A stretch of 64,000 bases of DNA from a virus (taxonomy: Duplodnaviria > Heunggongvirae > Uroviricota > Caudoviricetes). The DNA lies in IMG/VR virus record IMGVR_UViG_3300021255_000031. One strand, 5' to 3'. Shown here piece by piece: positions 62,049 through 64,000 of the stretch. The notes under the pieces are model-generated. The model searched no databases. It was not told the origin of the DNA and worked only from the letters and a program-made list of their open reading frames with translations. Position 1 is the stretch's first letter. The number at the start of each line of letters is the position of its first letter. The position numbers and the translations under genes were made by a program.

Positions 62049-63115
62049 ATCCTCCTTTTAGATAAATCTTCATACGTTTGTTCAAACAAATCTTTTATCT
62101 TTGGATAAAATTTTAGTATCATTAATTCTTCTAAATATTCTTCTGTGGGCGTTTTTATTGTTTTTTTAATAATCTTATTATTAATTGTCCAATCTTTCTT
62201 ATGGCTACGACTCCATTCTTCTATTGCTATTAATAAATTAGAAATCGCGCAGTGCGTTCCTAAATTGGGAGGTATATATTTAATTTTCATTGGAATGCCT
62301 TGTGCCCAAAAAGAATATAATAAATTTAATTTATAAATTAAATCCTGAAAATATAAAAAACTTGTAGCTTTTGTTCCGCCGACTGGTAAATATACTTCAG
62401 AACTATTTACAATATCTTCTAAAAAGAAATTTTTATATTCTTTAAAAAAATAATTAATTTCATTTAATGGTATGTGAATATTAAATAAAACTGCATTATT
62501 GCGTGAAATTTTAGGAATTTTTCTAATAGCTAAATATTCTGACATTTTGGTACAATTTATAGGATGGATTGTATAAATACCACTAGTTTTTCGCTCGATA
62601 GCTTCTTGCACCCAATCTTGCCAATTATCTTGAAATAATTCTCTATCAAAAAACCATAAACGCTTTTTAGGCAAGATAGAAGGCAAAGGTAATTTTTTAT
62701 CTCCCGCCTTATATCTATAATAACTATCATCTAAAATATGCCCTATAATATTTGCTTTTATACCATCTTGATATTTTTCTTTTAAAAATTCTTTATATAT
62801 TGTAGGACGAGGTAATGTAAAATCAATGATTTCATTTTCAAAAGGTATATACTGCCCGTTTGTTAATCCGGTCCCACCTAATATTATATTTGGTGCATAT
62901 AAAAAATTGGTTGGAATTTCAGAAAGATTATGCTTTTCTGAAAATATATAAATTTTATTATAACTTGTTAATTCAGTCTCATTTAAATTAATAAGTCTGC
63001 AAAATTTTTGTTCTTCTATTTTGTAATAAGTCGCCAATTTCATAATTTCAAGATTGGGAGGATGAAGTCTTATACTAGTGGCTAATTGTAAATCCAAATC
63101 AATAAGTCCAATCAT
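62036..63115 (-). CDS. hypothetical protein (359 aa)
   Basis: long ORF, operonic. Confidence 0.5.
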   Translation of the reverse strand: MIGLIDLDLQLATSIRLHPPNLEIMKLATYYKIEEQKFCRLINLNETELTSYNKIYIFSEKHNLSEIPTNFLYAPNIILGGTGLTNGQYIPFENEIIDFTLPRPTIYKEFLKEKYQDGIKANIIGHILDDSYYRYKAGDKKLPLPSILPKKRLWFFDRELFQDNWQDWVQEAIERKTSGIYTIHPINCTKMSEYLAIRKIPKISRNNAVLFNIHIPLNEINYFFKEYKNFFLEDIVNSSEVYLPVGGTKATSFLYFQDLIYKLNLLYSFWAQGIPMKIKYIPPNLGTHCAISNLLIAIEEWSRSHKKDWTINNKIIKKTIKTPTEEYLEELMILKFYPKIKDLFEQTYEDLSKRRIWRV

Positions 63116-63993
63116 TATTCTTCAACCTCCACCCTGTCATATTGAAATGATAATAAACCATCATCATTAATATGTGTTATTTTTGAAATTATGGGATAAA
63201 TCGAACTTTTTGTTTTCTTTGGTATGAAGTCATTTCCTCGACGAATACCCTGAATCATTAATAGCGTTCCGCGCGCGAACCAACTTTTTTCTTGAATATG
63301 TTTTTTACCGTCATCGCCAGTGGCAGAAATTTGCTTATCATAAATAGAATATTGATTCTTATAAATTTTTACTGTAACGACTCCAGTTGGAGTTAATAAT
63401 GTAACAGTATTCTTTAATTTATTTTTTCCAATTACAGTTCCAATGATGCGATGTAATTTATAAACATTTATCGTTTGCCCGTGGGTCTGGAATGTATAAT
63501 CTATTTCTGGTTCTTCATCTAAAGCAAAGAAATCATCATAATTCTTTTGCGCACAAGCAAGCTCGTGTTCGTGAGAATAATAATTAACTGATTCCATTTC
63601 CCAACGACTAATATTACCTTTGCCATATTTATTTACTACTTCATCATACAAATTACCATTTAACTTTAATAATAAATCTGTTTGATGTTCTTTTAAATAA
63701 ACTCGCATTGGCTCCATACCTTTACTATAAATCTTATCCCATACCCTTTGAAGAACCATATGACCATTATCAATAATGTTCGCATCAAAATTATTTGTAA
63801 TAAATTCAATAGCATCATCATTTAAATCATAATATTCTTCTGCCTTACATGTTTTAAGAAACTTATTAAATAAAAACAGCTTCGCATAAAATGCCATTTC
63901 ATCTGGAATAAGTTCTTTTGTAATCAACATCTGCATATTCTGTAGAGTTAAACGCGCCTTTTTATCCGCAATGGTATCGATATATTGCCACAT
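63115..63993 (-). CDS. hypothetical protein (292 aa)
   Basis: long ORF; start 7 nt from window end. Confidence 0.5.
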   Translation of the reverse strand: MWQYIDTIADKKARLTLQNMQMLITKELIPDEMAFYAKLFLFNKFLKTCKAEEYYDLNDDAIEFITNNFDANIIDNGHMVLQRVWDKIYSKGMEPMRVYLKEHQTDLLLKLNGNLYDEVVNKYGKGNISRWEMESVNYYSHEHELACAQKNYDDFFALDEEPEIDYTFQTHGQTINVYKLHRIIGTVIGKNKLKNTVTLLTPTGVVTVKIYKNQYSIYDKQISATGDDGKKHIQEKSWFARGTLLMIQGIRRGNDFIPKKTKSSIYPIISKITHINDDGLLSFQYDRVEVEE

Positions 63994-64000
63994 AATTTCT

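Noticed and set aside
1-64000. tRNA genes
   Set aside because: I scanned orphan-promoter transcripts and intergenic regions for the GTTCRANYC T-loop and a cloverleaf, and found none. The orphan transcripts are too long or wrongly structured.
1-64000. A bacterial chromosomal island rather than a phage
   Set aside because: The window holds a continuous terminase, portal, capsid and tail module, nrdDG with HEGs, and a dense promoter-cassette early region. It contains no housekeeping genes, integrase or att site.

Overview
The window reads as one contiguous stretch of a tailed dsDNA phage or prophage from a low-GC Gram-positive-type host. No integrase or attachment site is visible. The host inference rests on AGGAGG-type Shine-Dalgarno sites and TTGACA-N17-TGnTATAAT promoters. 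There are four blocks. (1) 1-17.1 kb on the minus strand holds about 32 small early-gene cassettes, mostly monocistronic. Each cassette is built the same way: GC hairpin terminator of the upstream gene, then a 19-bp palindrome TTGGATGTTTAACATCCAA (27 copies), then a near-consensus extended sigma70 promoter, then an SD and a small ORF. Products I can recognise are a P-loop NTPase, a MoxR-like AAA+ ATPase next to a VWA/HExxH-metallopeptidase protein, a DEDD exonuclease, a HAD nucleotidase, an SPFH/band-7 protein, a T5orf172/GIY-YIG-like protein, two paralog families, and many acidic or membrane orphans. Several promoters have no ORF behind them and may be small RNAs or cassette remnants. (2) 17.1-17.7 kb is a divergent non-coding control region with CCAGCTT tandem repeats and GTTAAG/CGTAAAG iterons. 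(3) 17.7-54.6 kb on the plus strand is the packaging and morphogenesis operon, with its own sigma70 promoter at 18662-18690. It contains a TerS-like gene, a TerL whose ATPase and nuclease domains are separated by a zinc-finger/Vsr-like homing-endonuclease ORF, portal, scaffold, a highly expressed decoration protein and MCP, connector and tail proteins, a 4142-aa tape-measure protein with internal repeats, Dit, Tal and RBP. It ends in a bidirectional terminator at 54638-54660. (4) 54.7-64 kb on the minus strand holds a RuvC-like resolvase, a dUTPase with an N-terminal extension, a GIY-YIG homing endonuclease, a membrane-anchored coiled-coil GIY-YIG protein, NrdG, NrdD and three unknowns. Coding DNA in the early array (about 45-50% GC by eye) is clearly more GC-rich than the rest (about 33-37%). 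All ORF start sites were re-picked by SD and promoter position. Many six-frame ORFs carry false N-terminal extensions that are translated promoter boxes.
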